Assembly: GCA_013151505.1 (NCBI GenBank)
Contig: JAADID010000175.1
Location: 1-46,081 of the forward strand
Source of the DNA: Chlorobiota bacterium
GTDB taxonomy: Bacteria > Bacteroidota > Bacteroidia > Bacteroidales > F082
Direction: 5' to 3'
Length of the DNA: 46,081 nt
Of the stretch, positions 26,260 to 34,197 are shown one piece after another. Both the position numbers and the translations under genes were made by a program. The notes beneath the pieces are model-generated. The model was not told the origin of the DNA. It was given only the letters and a program-made list of their open reading frames with translations, and did no database searches. Position 1 is the first letter of the stretch. Every line of letters begins with the position of its first letter.

Positions 26260-26880
26260 TTATTTGTTGTGGCAGGTCAGGCATAATGCGCTGGCTGCAT
26301 TACTTTTGACAAGCAATTTAGCCACACCTGATCCGTTGTGTACATCATGGCAGGAAGCACACTCCAATTTCGTACCGAATAACATATCAGCATCTATGGT
26401 GCCGCCCAGACCGGAGTTTGTTGTCGTCGGGTCATACAATCCACCGTCGGTGCTTGCAAGGGTAGCATCATAAACAAACGATATCGGATGGTCATCACTC
26501 AAATCCGTACCAAGAAGTTCGTCACCGGAAATGAATGTAGTTCCATTGGTTTTTCCGCCGAAATTGTCAAGTGCAACGGTTCCGTCGTGACAACTCAGAC
26601 ACAATTTCGAAATCCCGTCAGGTTGCCCTACTGTAGCATCCAGTGTGGAGGATGAATAAACAGTATACGTCGCGGTAGATAACTGGTGGTTCCACAAAGG
26701 GGCATCAGTTACGCTAATATCAGCGTGGTGCGGTGTATGGCAAACAATGCAGATTTCGCCCGATGGGTTCCAGGTTTCGCTCGAAAAATCATGAGCAGAA
26801 CCGGAAATGTTCTGTCCCAAAGTAACCTGGGCCAAAAAAAGGATAAATAATCCTGCAAAAAGTTTAATCAGTGTTTTCAT
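26260..26880 (-). CDS. small tetrahaem c-type cytochrome (paralog family A)
   Basis: 206 aa with a signal peptide. It has 4 CXXCH motifs (CIVCH, CLSCH, CASCH, CLTCH). It appears monocistronic, lying between a sigma-54 promoter candidate and a terminator. Confidence 0.9.
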   Translation of the reverse strand: MKTLIKLFAGLFILFLAQVTLGQNISGSAHDFSSETWNPSGEICIVCHTPHHADISVTDAPLWNHQLSTATYTVYSSSTLDATVGQPDGISKLCLSCHDGTVALDNFGGKTNGTTFISGDELLGTDLSDDHPISFVYDATLASTDGGLYDPTTTNSGLGGTIDADMLFGTKLECASCHDVHNGSGVAKLLVKSNAASALCLTCHNK

Positions 26881-26950
26881 TTTAATTTTGTTTAATGATT
26901 AATTAATGATTTTCTTTTTCTTTTGATAATAAATTCACATTGCAAAGATA

Positions 26951-26967
26951 TTGCAAAGTTCGTGCCT
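26951..26967 (-). promoter_or_regulatory. candidate sigma-54 promoter aGGCACG-N4-TTGCAA
   Basis: The minus strand reads AGGCACGAACTTTGCAA with exact GG-N10-GC spacing. It is a near-perfect match to TGGCACG-N4-TTGCW and lies about 73 nt upstream of the ATG at 26880. Confidence 0.6.
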
Positions 26968-27278
26968 GTTGTGATGCTTAAAGAAATTTAGAATTAATCC
27001 AAATATAGTATGTTCAACAAAAAGCCAATGGCAGATAATCAAACGCGGCTTTACAAAAATATAAAAATGTCAATACATCCGTTGTTAACCCGGTATTTAT
27101 GAATTAATGAGGTTAAGATATTCAAATCTCCGGTTTTTTTAGCCGGCTTAAAATTATCAATATTAGGGGATGATACATATAACCTGTTAGAAATTTTTGT
27201 TAAAAATCAATTTTTTTTGGGTTCCTGATAATAAAAACAACAAAATATGTGTTTATAGCAGCAGCCGCAAACAAAACC

Positions 27279-27315
27279 GGGGCATTTCACCCAGGTGGCG
27301 TGGGGCATTTCACCC
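27279..27315. repeat. 14-bp direct repeat GGGGCATTTCACCC x2 (23-bp periodicity)
   Basis: Perfect copies at 27279..27292 and 27302..27315, immediately downstream of the sigma-54 activator stop codon (27325). Confidence 0.75.
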
Positions 27316-27324
27316 TATCCCGCA

Positions 27325-28704
27325 TTACAAACCGTATTTCTTTTTTTTATACCGCAGCGCATCCCTTGAAATACCTAACATTTTCGAGGCTTTGGTTTGA
27401 TTATACTCACTTTTCTGAAGAGCTTGCAGAATTAATTGTTTTTCCAGGGTTTCCAGTGAAATGCCTTCTTCGGGAATATCAAACTGATATGGGTTTCCGG
27501 TTTCAGGCGCCTGACCGGTAACCAAAGCTGTATTAATCTCACACGGCAGGTTATCCGGTCGGATTTTATCATTATTTTCAAGAATAATGGCGCGTTCCAT
27601 TACATTGCGCAATTCCCTTATATTACCCGGCCATTTATAATGAGACATCAGTTCCAGGGCATTACGCTCAACACCCTTTATTTTTTTGTTAAACTGACTG
27701 TTGAACAGCTCTATGAAATAGTCTATCAACAAGGGGATATCTTCTTTGTGTTCCCGAAGCGGAGGAATATCAATCTGAAATACCTTCAGACGATAATATA
27801 GATCCTCCCTGAAAGTTTTTTGCTCGATGGAGTTTATAAGGTCTTTGTTCGTGGCGGCAATAATGCGAATATCCACGGGAATTTCTGAAGTGCTTCCCAG
27901 ACGCTTTATTGTTCTGTTCTCAAGCACACTCAATAGTTTTACCTGTGTAGCGAGGTTTATTTCACCGATTTCATCAAGGAAAACCGTACCCCCTTCAGCT
28001 ATTTCAAAAAGTCCCTTTTTCATTTTGGCTGCATCCGTAAAGGCTCCTTTTTCATGCCCGAAAAGTTCACTTTCAAGCAGGGTATCGGGAAAAGTAGAAC
28101 AATTAATGGTCACAAAGGGATTTTCTTTTCGACTACTTTCGTTGTGGATTGCGCGCGCAAACAAATCTTTCCCTGTTCCGCTTTCGCCCAAAAGCAAAAT
28201 GGTGGTCGTTTCGGAACGGGCAATTTTTTTGGAAATCTGGACAATTTGTTTGAAGACCGGTGACTCGCCGATAATATTGTCGAAGGTAATTTTCTCCCGT
28301 TGCTGCCGCCTCAGCAACTTGATCTCGGTATTGATGTTGATGTTGTTTTTAATGTTTTCGATGAGCAGGTTAACTTCATCAAACGAAAACGGTTTGTTAA
28401 TGTATTCGTTTGCGCCGTTTTTCATCGCCGTCACAGCGGTATCAATTGAGCCATAGGCGGTCATAAAAACAATGATGGCATCCTCGTCTATGGATTTGAT
28501 TTTTGTAATCACTTCAAGTCCCTGAATGCCGGGCAGACGGTTGTCAACAAAAACAATGTCAGGATAATATTTCTCAAACAATTCGATTCCTTCCTCGCCT
28601 GTTTCCGCCAGGTAAACCCTGTAGCCTTTTACATTTAAATGTTTCTCGAACGACCACCGGATGAGTTTTTCATCGTCAATGACCAGGATTTTCAATAACT
28701 TCAT
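27325..28704 (-). CDS. sigma-54-dependent response regulator (NtrC family)
   Basis: REC domain ('ILVIDDE', 'IVFVDNRLPG'), an AAA+ domain with Walker A 'GESGTGKD' and a 'GAFTDA' loop, then a C-terminal Fis-type HTH ('NQTKASKMLGISRDALRYKKKKYGL'). Confidence 0.95.
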   Translation of the reverse strand: MKLLKILVIDDEKLIRWSFEKHLNVKGYRVYLAETGEEGIELFEKYYPDIVFVDNRLPGIQGLEVITKIKSIDEDAIIVFMTAYGSIDTAVTAMKNGANEYINKPFSFDEVNLLIENIKNNININTEIKLLRRQQREKITFDNIIGESPVFKQIVQISKKIARSETTTILLLGESGTGKDLFARAIHNESSRKENPFVTINCSTFPDTLLESELFGHEKGAFTDAAKMKKGLFEIAEGGTVFLDEIGEINLATQVKLLSVLENRTIKRLGSTSEIPVDIRIIAATNKDLINSIEQKTFREDLYYRLKVFQIDIPPLREHKEDIPLLIDYFIELFNSQFNKKIKGVERNALELMSHYKWPGNIRELRNVMERAIILENNDKIRPDNLPCEINTALVTGQAPETGNPYQFDIPEEGISLETLEKQLILQALQKSEYNQTKASKMLGISRDALRYKKKKYGL

Positions 28705-28738
28705 GGTTGTTTCACTAAATATGCCGGTTTTAAAAAAA

Positions 28739-30190
28739 TTATCCTGTTGGTAAAATTACATAGAATCTGGTCCCTTTTGATTCTTCACTTTCAACCCGGA
28801 TTCTGCCTTTGTGTTTTTCCACAATTTCCTTGGAAATAGCGAGGCCCAGTCCTGTTCCTTCTGTGTGTGTAGTATAAAACGGGTTAAATATATTCTCTAA
28901 AACGTCCTTTGGTATCCCCGTGCCTGTGTCCTCAACGATAATCGTCACCTTCTTGTTTTCCGGGTCGTAAGCTGTTTTAAAAGTAATAACTCCTTTTTGC
29001 GGTATGGCCCGAATGGCATTCAGACCCAGGTTGTGCAAAACGTTCTCTATTTTCTCATTATCGAACGGAAATAAGGGTATGTCTTCCTGTAATTCTTGTC
29101 TGAATTCAATTTTTTTGTTCCGGGTCTGGTTTCTGATAAAAAAGATCAGCGTCCTTATTACGTCGTTTATGTTGTTCATTTCCGGGTTGATGCCGCTGGG
29201 GCGTGAAAATCTCAACATGTTTGTAATGGCATTGTTCACCCGCTCTGCCTGCCGACGGATTTCTTCAAGTATTGGTTTGTTTTCATCTTCCGGTACTTGT
29301 CTGACCAGTATTTCGGCAGCATTGGCAATACCGGTCAGGGGATTTCTGATTTCATGTGCCAGTCTTGAGGCCATCTCGCCGATGGTGGCCATTTTCCTCT
29401 TGTCGTCCAGTTCTTTTTGATGATAAATCTGAAGCTGCTGCTGTGTTTTCTGAAAAGTGTCAACCATTTCGTTAAAGCTCTTTCCAAGCTCAGCAAGTTC
29501 CCTGGATTTTGGGATGGCAATTCGTTCGTTCAGGTTTCCTTTATTTATCCGGTTGATTGTATTGTGAAAACTGTTCAGAGACCTTCTGACTAAGCGGTAA
29601 TGCACCAGAAAGGCAGAAGCCAATACAAGAAAAACGATCATAGCCGAATACCCTAAACTAAAATTCCGCATTAAGGCAATATGCTGGTTTGTCCTTTCCA
29701 AAGTTATATCAAACACAAGCATGCCCAGATATTTTTTGGAAGAGTGGTGGCATTGATAACATTCCGGTGAGTTCCGAAAGCGGATATAAGCCCATAACCC
29801 GGGTTCATTACCATCCTTATAGGACTGTATGTAAGTATCTTCCGGTAATTCGGATATTTTTTTAAACCCTAAAATTTCTCTTGAAAGCGAGTCAGGTCCT
29901 GACAGATAGACGAGGCTGTCATTCGAATTGAATAAGTATAAGCGGTAAAAATATTTGTTTTTTTTAAAACTATCCAGCAACGGATGCAATGCCTTGCCGC
30001 CAACCTGCGAAATTGTTTGCAGGAACTGGGCATGCATTATGCTTAAGCTGCTGTAAATGTCCTCTTCTGCATGTTTGTACATCTCTCTCGACATGTAGCT
30101 GTTAAATAAGAAAAGCGCAAAAAACGACATGGTACTGACCACCAGGAAAATGGTAATACTAATGATCAGTCTGAATGAATACCGCTTCAT
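28739..30190 (-). CDS. sensor histidine kinase with CXXCH-containing periplasmic domain, HAMP, HisKA and HATPase_c
   Basis: 483 aa with two TM helices (aa about 8-30 and about 176-197) flanking a loop that carries 'SPECYQCHH' (nt 29747..29761). H-box 'RLAHEIRNPLTGI' and G-box 'DTGTGI...GTGLGLAI'. Confidence 0.9.
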   Translation of the reverse strand: MKRYSFRLIISITIFLVVSTMSFFALFLFNSYMSREMYKHAEEDIYSSLSIMHAQFLQTISQVGGKALHPLLDSFKKNKYFYRLYLFNSNDSLVYLSGPDSLSREILGFKKISELPEDTYIQSYKDGNEPGLWAYIRFRNSPECYQCHHSSKKYLGMLVFDITLERTNQHIALMRNFSLGYSAMIVFLVLASAFLVHYRLVRRSLNSFHNTINRINKGNLNERIAIPKSRELAELGKSFNEMVDTFQKTQQQLQIYHQKELDDKRKMATIGEMASRLAHEIRNPLTGIANAAEILVRQVPEDENKPILEEIRRQAERVNNAITNMLRFSRPSGINPEMNNINDVIRTLIFFIRNQTRNKKIEFRQELQEDIPLFPFDNEKIENVLHNLGLNAIRAIPQKGVITFKTAYDPENKKVTIIVEDTGTGIPKDVLENIFNPFYTTHTEGTGLGLAISKEIVEKHKGRIRVESEESKGTRFYVILPTG

Positions 30191-30205
30191 AATCCTGCTT
30201 TAGAA

Positions 30206-31891
30206 TCAGTATGATTTTCTCCTGTGATTTTTTCCATGGCATTTCAGGGTACACCTGCCTTTATAAGAGCCTAAATCCTCAAAATACAGTTGGCCCATGT
30301 TATTGGGGTGAACAATACCTATATCAAAATTTATCAAATGGGTATTGTTAGTGGTATTCCCCTGTGTACTGCTTATGCCGTGCGGATCATGGCAGGCATT
30401 GCAGGGTGCATCTTCCTCCGTAATATGTTTTTTGTGAACTTTCTCCTGAAAGTTGTTACCCCCACCGATGATCTCATTCCGGTCATGGCACTGATAACAC
30501 AGTTCATAAGCTGAATAGGATTCCGGGGTATAATCCGCCGTCGTATAATTGAACTTCAGTATCTGCGGATAAATTGATCCGTGGGGCCCTGCAGGCGAAC
30601 CGGTTCCGTCGCTGGCGTGGCAATCGGTGCAATAGATCAAACTGCTCTCGGTAAGAGGAGGAATCAGGCTGGGAACATCGGGGTTGGTTCCCGGTCCGGC
30701 GATGGGGTGAAAAGACGGGTTGCCCACGTCGAACTCAAGTCTGACATTGTTCTGTTCGATTTGTCTTGACGTCGGGCTGGCCGGTTTATCGGGGCTATCA
30801 GCATGACATCTGAAACATATTTCGTACTCATATTGCACCGGATCCACATCTCCTCCTGAAAGGTTAATGCCTTTCACACCTTTGTTAAATCCACGGACAT
30901 AAGGAGCATTGGCGCTTGTATTGTTTACTGCATGAGGGTTGTGACAGTCTTCGCACTCAACATGCTTGGTCAAAACCAGCGCTCCCTCCGAAGCATCATG
31001 AATTAGATTATAAGCATAGACATCATGGATATACGCTTTGGTCAATTGAAGCTGAATGTCAGTTGATGCCACATTTCCATTATGGCAATACAGACAATTG
31101 TTCTCCTCAGCCTGATAATTCAACAGTCGTTCGTTAAGTCCGGCATTATGCGGATTATGACAATTCTCGCAGCCATTTTCAGCTACCGTGGTGTAAGGCG
31201 TATGGAACCAGGGATCATTACCCGATCCGTTCCAGGTTGCAGTAGAGTTTCGGTGACTTGATGATATCCAGTAATTCTTGTCGTGACATTGTGTGCACAG
31301 ATTAGAATATTGGGTGGTGATCACAAGAAAATCGGTGTAAATATTTTTATGCGGATCATGGCAGGCCGTACATTGCAATTTATCATTCTCGAGGACAATG
31401 GGCCAGGAGATATTGACAGGATCCACCAATTCGCCGTCGGCAGCAGCCAGGGCAGAATTGTAAACAAACGAAACCGGATGGTCATCAGTCAGGTCGGTTG
31501 TCAGGTTGGTATTTCCGGCAGGCATGACAGTGATACCCCCGCTGAAATCAATTGGCACAGGGCGGCTTAAAACACTTCCCAGCGCTATTGTTCCATCGTG
31601 ACACGAAAGACAAAGTATGGATGAACCGTCGGGCTGACCAATAACTGCCTGCGTGGTTGTGCTGTTATACAACGAATAATTCAAACCCGGATCCTCCCGG
31701 TTCCATAATGGTCCCTTCGGAGCGCTGTTGTGAGGCGTATGACAAAAAATGCATATTTCCGTTTCACTCACTGCTTTGATCTGACCCGGCCCGCTGACCG
31801 ATAAATTGTGAACCGTATTCACAATCGACTGCGAAAACAACCACGCCGGGATCAAAAACAACAGTATTAATTTAATCCTTATCATTATCAT
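30206..31891 (-). CDS. 11-haem (+1 CX3CH) c-type cytochrome; N-terminal approx. 200 aa homologous to the small tetrahaem paralogs
   Basis: 561 aa with a signal peptide. It has 11 CXXCH motifs plus a C-terminal CTLKCH. The first four haem motifs and the 'DDHPVSFVY' box are collinear with the 206-219-aa cytochromes. The gene overlaps the upstream NHL gene by 20 nt. Confidence 0.9.
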   Translation of the reverse strand: MIMIRIKLILLFLIPAWLFSQSIVNTVHNLSVSGPGQIKAVSETEICIFCHTPHNSAPKGPLWNREDPGLNYSLYNSTTTQAVIGQPDGSSILCLSCHDGTIALGSVLSRPVPIDFSGGITVMPAGNTNLTTDLTDDHPVSFVYNSALAAADGELVDPVNISWPIVLENDKLQCTACHDPHKNIYTDFLVITTQYSNLCTQCHDKNYWISSSHRNSTATWNGSGNDPWFHTPYTTVAENGCENCHNPHNAGLNERLLNYQAEENNCLYCHNGNVASTDIQLQLTKAYIHDVYAYNLIHDASEGALVLTKHVECEDCHNPHAVNNTSANAPYVRGFNKGVKGINLSGGDVDPVQYEYEICFRCHADSPDKPASPTSRQIEQNNVRLEFDVGNPSFHPIAGPGTNPDVPSLIPPLTESSLIYCTDCHASDGTGSPAGPHGSIYPQILKFNYTTADYTPESYSAYELCYQCHDRNEIIGGGNNFQEKVHKKHITEEDAPCNACHDPHGISSTQGNTTNNTHLINFDIGIVHPNNMGQLYFEDLGSYKGRCTLKCHGKNHRRKSY

Positions 31892-32960
31892 TTAAACGTC
31901 CGTTAATAAGTTGAAAAACCTGAATGCGCGAATTATAACTATCTGCAACATAAATAAAATCGTTGTCATCAATGAATATCCCCGTAGGCAGCCAGAATTT
32001 ACCGTCTTTTCTACCCTGCCCGCCAAAATAATACAGGAAGTTACCGTTCTTGTCAAAAATTTGCACGGCATGAAATAAAGCATCAACAATATAAATGTTT
32101 CCAAACGAATCGGTTGCGATTCCTTTAGGCCGTGAAAAATAACCCGTAGCATCACCTATCTCTCCAAACATGCTTATAAACTCCCCCTCGCTGTTCAGTA
32201 TCTGTACCCTGAAGTTCATTGCATCAACTATGTAAACAAGTCCTGATTTGTCAATCCAGAGGAAAGTGGGGAAATTAAATTCAAGCGGGCCGTCGCCTCT
32301 TTTGCCGATATGCCGGATCACCTTGCCCTGTAAATCCAAAACCGTGATCCTGTGCAGGGCGGTTTCCACTACCCAAACTTCATTTTTTAAAGAGGAAAAA
32401 GCAATCCCTGTCGGTTGGTCTAATTTCACCGCAGGACAAAATTCAAGTAATTTGTCTGCACTTTCATCCTTATTCAATTTAAATACTTTATTAAGCCTTG
32501 ATTCGGTAAAAAGCAGGTCGCCCTGCGGCAAAGCACAAATGCCCACCAGTGAAGTATAGTGTTGATGAAACGACTGGGGGATTTCACCCACCCCATCCTG
32601 TACTTTCAACAAACTACCCAGTCCCTGGTCAAGTACCCAGAATGAATCCGGGTTTTCGGCAAAAACGGAAATAGGCTTGCTTAAAACTATTGCCTCCTTC
32701 TTGCCAAAAAAGAACTCTGCTATCCGGTCAACCAGATTAACCTCTACCTTACTTTTCTCCGTTGGGAACTTGGTTACCAGACGTAAACGATTGATCTCAA
32801 CCCCTTTTTGATCATAAATCCCTTCCGTTTCCTGTGCCCTCACCGGTAGAAGAAAAACAAGGTACAAAAGACAAAAAACAACCGCCTTTAAGGATAGTTT
32901 ACGAAAAGAATAAATACTCAAACCGTTCATTTGCTCCATAAAATGGATTTTAAAACTCAT
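31872..32960 (-). CDS. NHL-repeat beta-propeller protein (secreted)
   Basis: 362 aa with a signal peptide. NHL blades are present ('GYFSRPKGIATDSFGNIYIVDALFHAVQIFDKNGNFLYYFG', 'PTGIFIDDNDFIYVADSYNSRIQVFQL'). Confidence 0.85.
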   Translation of the reverse strand: MSFKIHFMEQMNGLSIYSFRKLSLKAVVFCLLYLVFLLPVRAQETEGIYDQKGVEINRLRLVTKFPTEKSKVEVNLVDRIAEFFFGKKEAIVLSKPISVFAENPDSFWVLDQGLGSLLKVQDGVGEIPQSFHQHYTSLVGICALPQGDLLFTESRLNKVFKLNKDESADKLLEFCPAVKLDQPTGIAFSSLKNEVWVVETALHRITVLDLQGKVIRHIGKRGDGPLEFNFPTFLWIDKSGLVYIVDAMNFRVQILNSEGEFISMFGEIGDATGYFSRPKGIATDSFGNIYIVDALFHAVQIFDKNGNFLYYFGGQGRKDGKFWLPTGIFIDDNDFIYVADSYNSRIQVFQLINGRLNDNDKD

Positions 32961-33128
32961 TACCTGAATCCAGGCTATACAAGATACTTCAATTTTATTG
33001 CCAAATATAAGTTATTACCGATAAAATTGACAATAATACGATAAAAGCATTCCCAATTACCCTGTCTGTTATACGGTATAATTGTATTGCAGGTTCTGCC
33101 TTCAGGTACAAAAGAATAATTTTTAAAG

Positions 33129-33905
33129 TTACCCGAAAAATCCCTGAATAATCCCACCGTCATGCGAGAAGGTCTGTCCGGTTACATACCGTGACAGAGG
33201 AGACAACAGCCAAAGGGACAGAGGCGCCATTTCATCGGGGGAAGCCATCTGCCCGACAGGTATTTCATTTTCAAATGCTTGTCTGGCTTCTTCGGTTGTG
33301 ATATTTTCCAACTCGCTTTTCTTGATGAACAGGCGTTCCAGGGCTGCTGTGGAATGATAACCCGGCGCCAGGATATTGGCCGTTATGCCCACGGCGGCAA
33401 CTTCCTGTGAGAGCGTTTTTACAAAGCCCACGACGGCAGGTCGTAAAGCGTTACTGAGAATAAGATTTTTTACGGGCTGCTTTACCGACACGCTTTCGAT
33501 GTAAACCAACCGCCCGTAATGTTGCTTCCTGAAAACGGGTAAAAGCCTTTTTGTAAATCTGATCTTCCATTTTACCACACTGAGCCATGATGCTTCCCAT
33601 TGCTCCATGTTGATCTCATCAAATCCACCCGCAGGCGGTCCTCCCGCATTGATCAACACGCCGGAAAGATTTTTCATGCCTTCCCATCGTGTCACCTTAT
33701 CCTGTGTGCCTTCAAGCGTAATATCCCCCGCAAAGTATTCGATCAGACCGGGAAACTGTTCTTTAAGTTTTTTCAGTTTCTCTTCAGTCCGGCTGACTGC
33801 CAGCACATTTGCACCTTCTTTTGCCAGCGCTTCGGCAATGGCACGCCCGAAACCGCTTCCGGCGCCCGTAACGATGAAGTTCTTATCTTTTATCTGAAAA
33901 TCCAT
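33129..33905 (-). CDS. SDR-family oxidoreductase (atypical active-site region)
   Basis: Rossmann motif 'VTGAGSGFGRAIA'. The likely start is the internal ATG ('MDFQIKDKNF', 33905) rather than the ORF-track 33941. The expected YxxxK position reads 'SNALR' by eye. Confidence 0.8.
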   Translation of the reverse strand: MDFQIKDKNFIVTGAGSGFGRAIAEALAKEGANVLAVSRTEEKLKKLKEQFPGLIEYFAGDITLEGTQDKVTRWEGMKNLSGVLINAGGPPAGGFDEINMEQWEASWLSVVKWKIRFTKRLLPVFRKQHYGRLVYIESVSVKQPVKNLILSNALRPAVVGFVKTLSQEVAAVGITANILAPGYHSTAALERLFIKKSELENITTEEARQAFENEIPVGQMASPDEMAPLSLWLLSPLSRYVTGQTFSHDGGIIQGFFG

Positions 33906-34197
33906 GAAACTTTTATTTGACCTCAAATATAAGAAATTCATCCTTCTGGTTTTTCAGACGTATATAGGTTATGATTTTTTTGCCGCGGATGGGTTTTGAA
34001 GCCGAAGAATGAATTCTACGGCTCTGTGTCATTCTATCCCTTCGGGTGAGGGGCTGCCATGAAAATAATGTTCTATGGTTCATCTGCGGATATTTGCGTC
34101 GGATTTTTTGAATTGTTTATCTCAAAAGTTATATTTCCTTGTTTAATCTTAAATCTGCCCGCCTTTTCTCTATTTTTGCCAACCGAATCATACCGGA

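Noticed and set aside
27827-28456. 209-aa plus-strand ORF antisense to the sigma-54 activator. Similar antisense ORFs lie at 29004..29420, 23713..24195, 25601..25993 and 37085..37693.
   Set aside because: They are antisense to strongly supported genes and have Ser/Phe/Leu-rich low-complexity translations.
15190-32960. Cytochrome island considered as a mobile genomic island.
   Set aside because: I detected no integrase, transposase, tRNA target or flanking direct repeats. By eye its composition resembles that of the flanking genes.
33087-33100. Sigma-54-like sequence (minus strand GGCAGAACCTGCAA) upstream of the NHL/12-haem/kinase operon.
   Set aside because: The GG-to-GC spacing is N8, not the required N10, so it does not fit the -24/-12 geometry.
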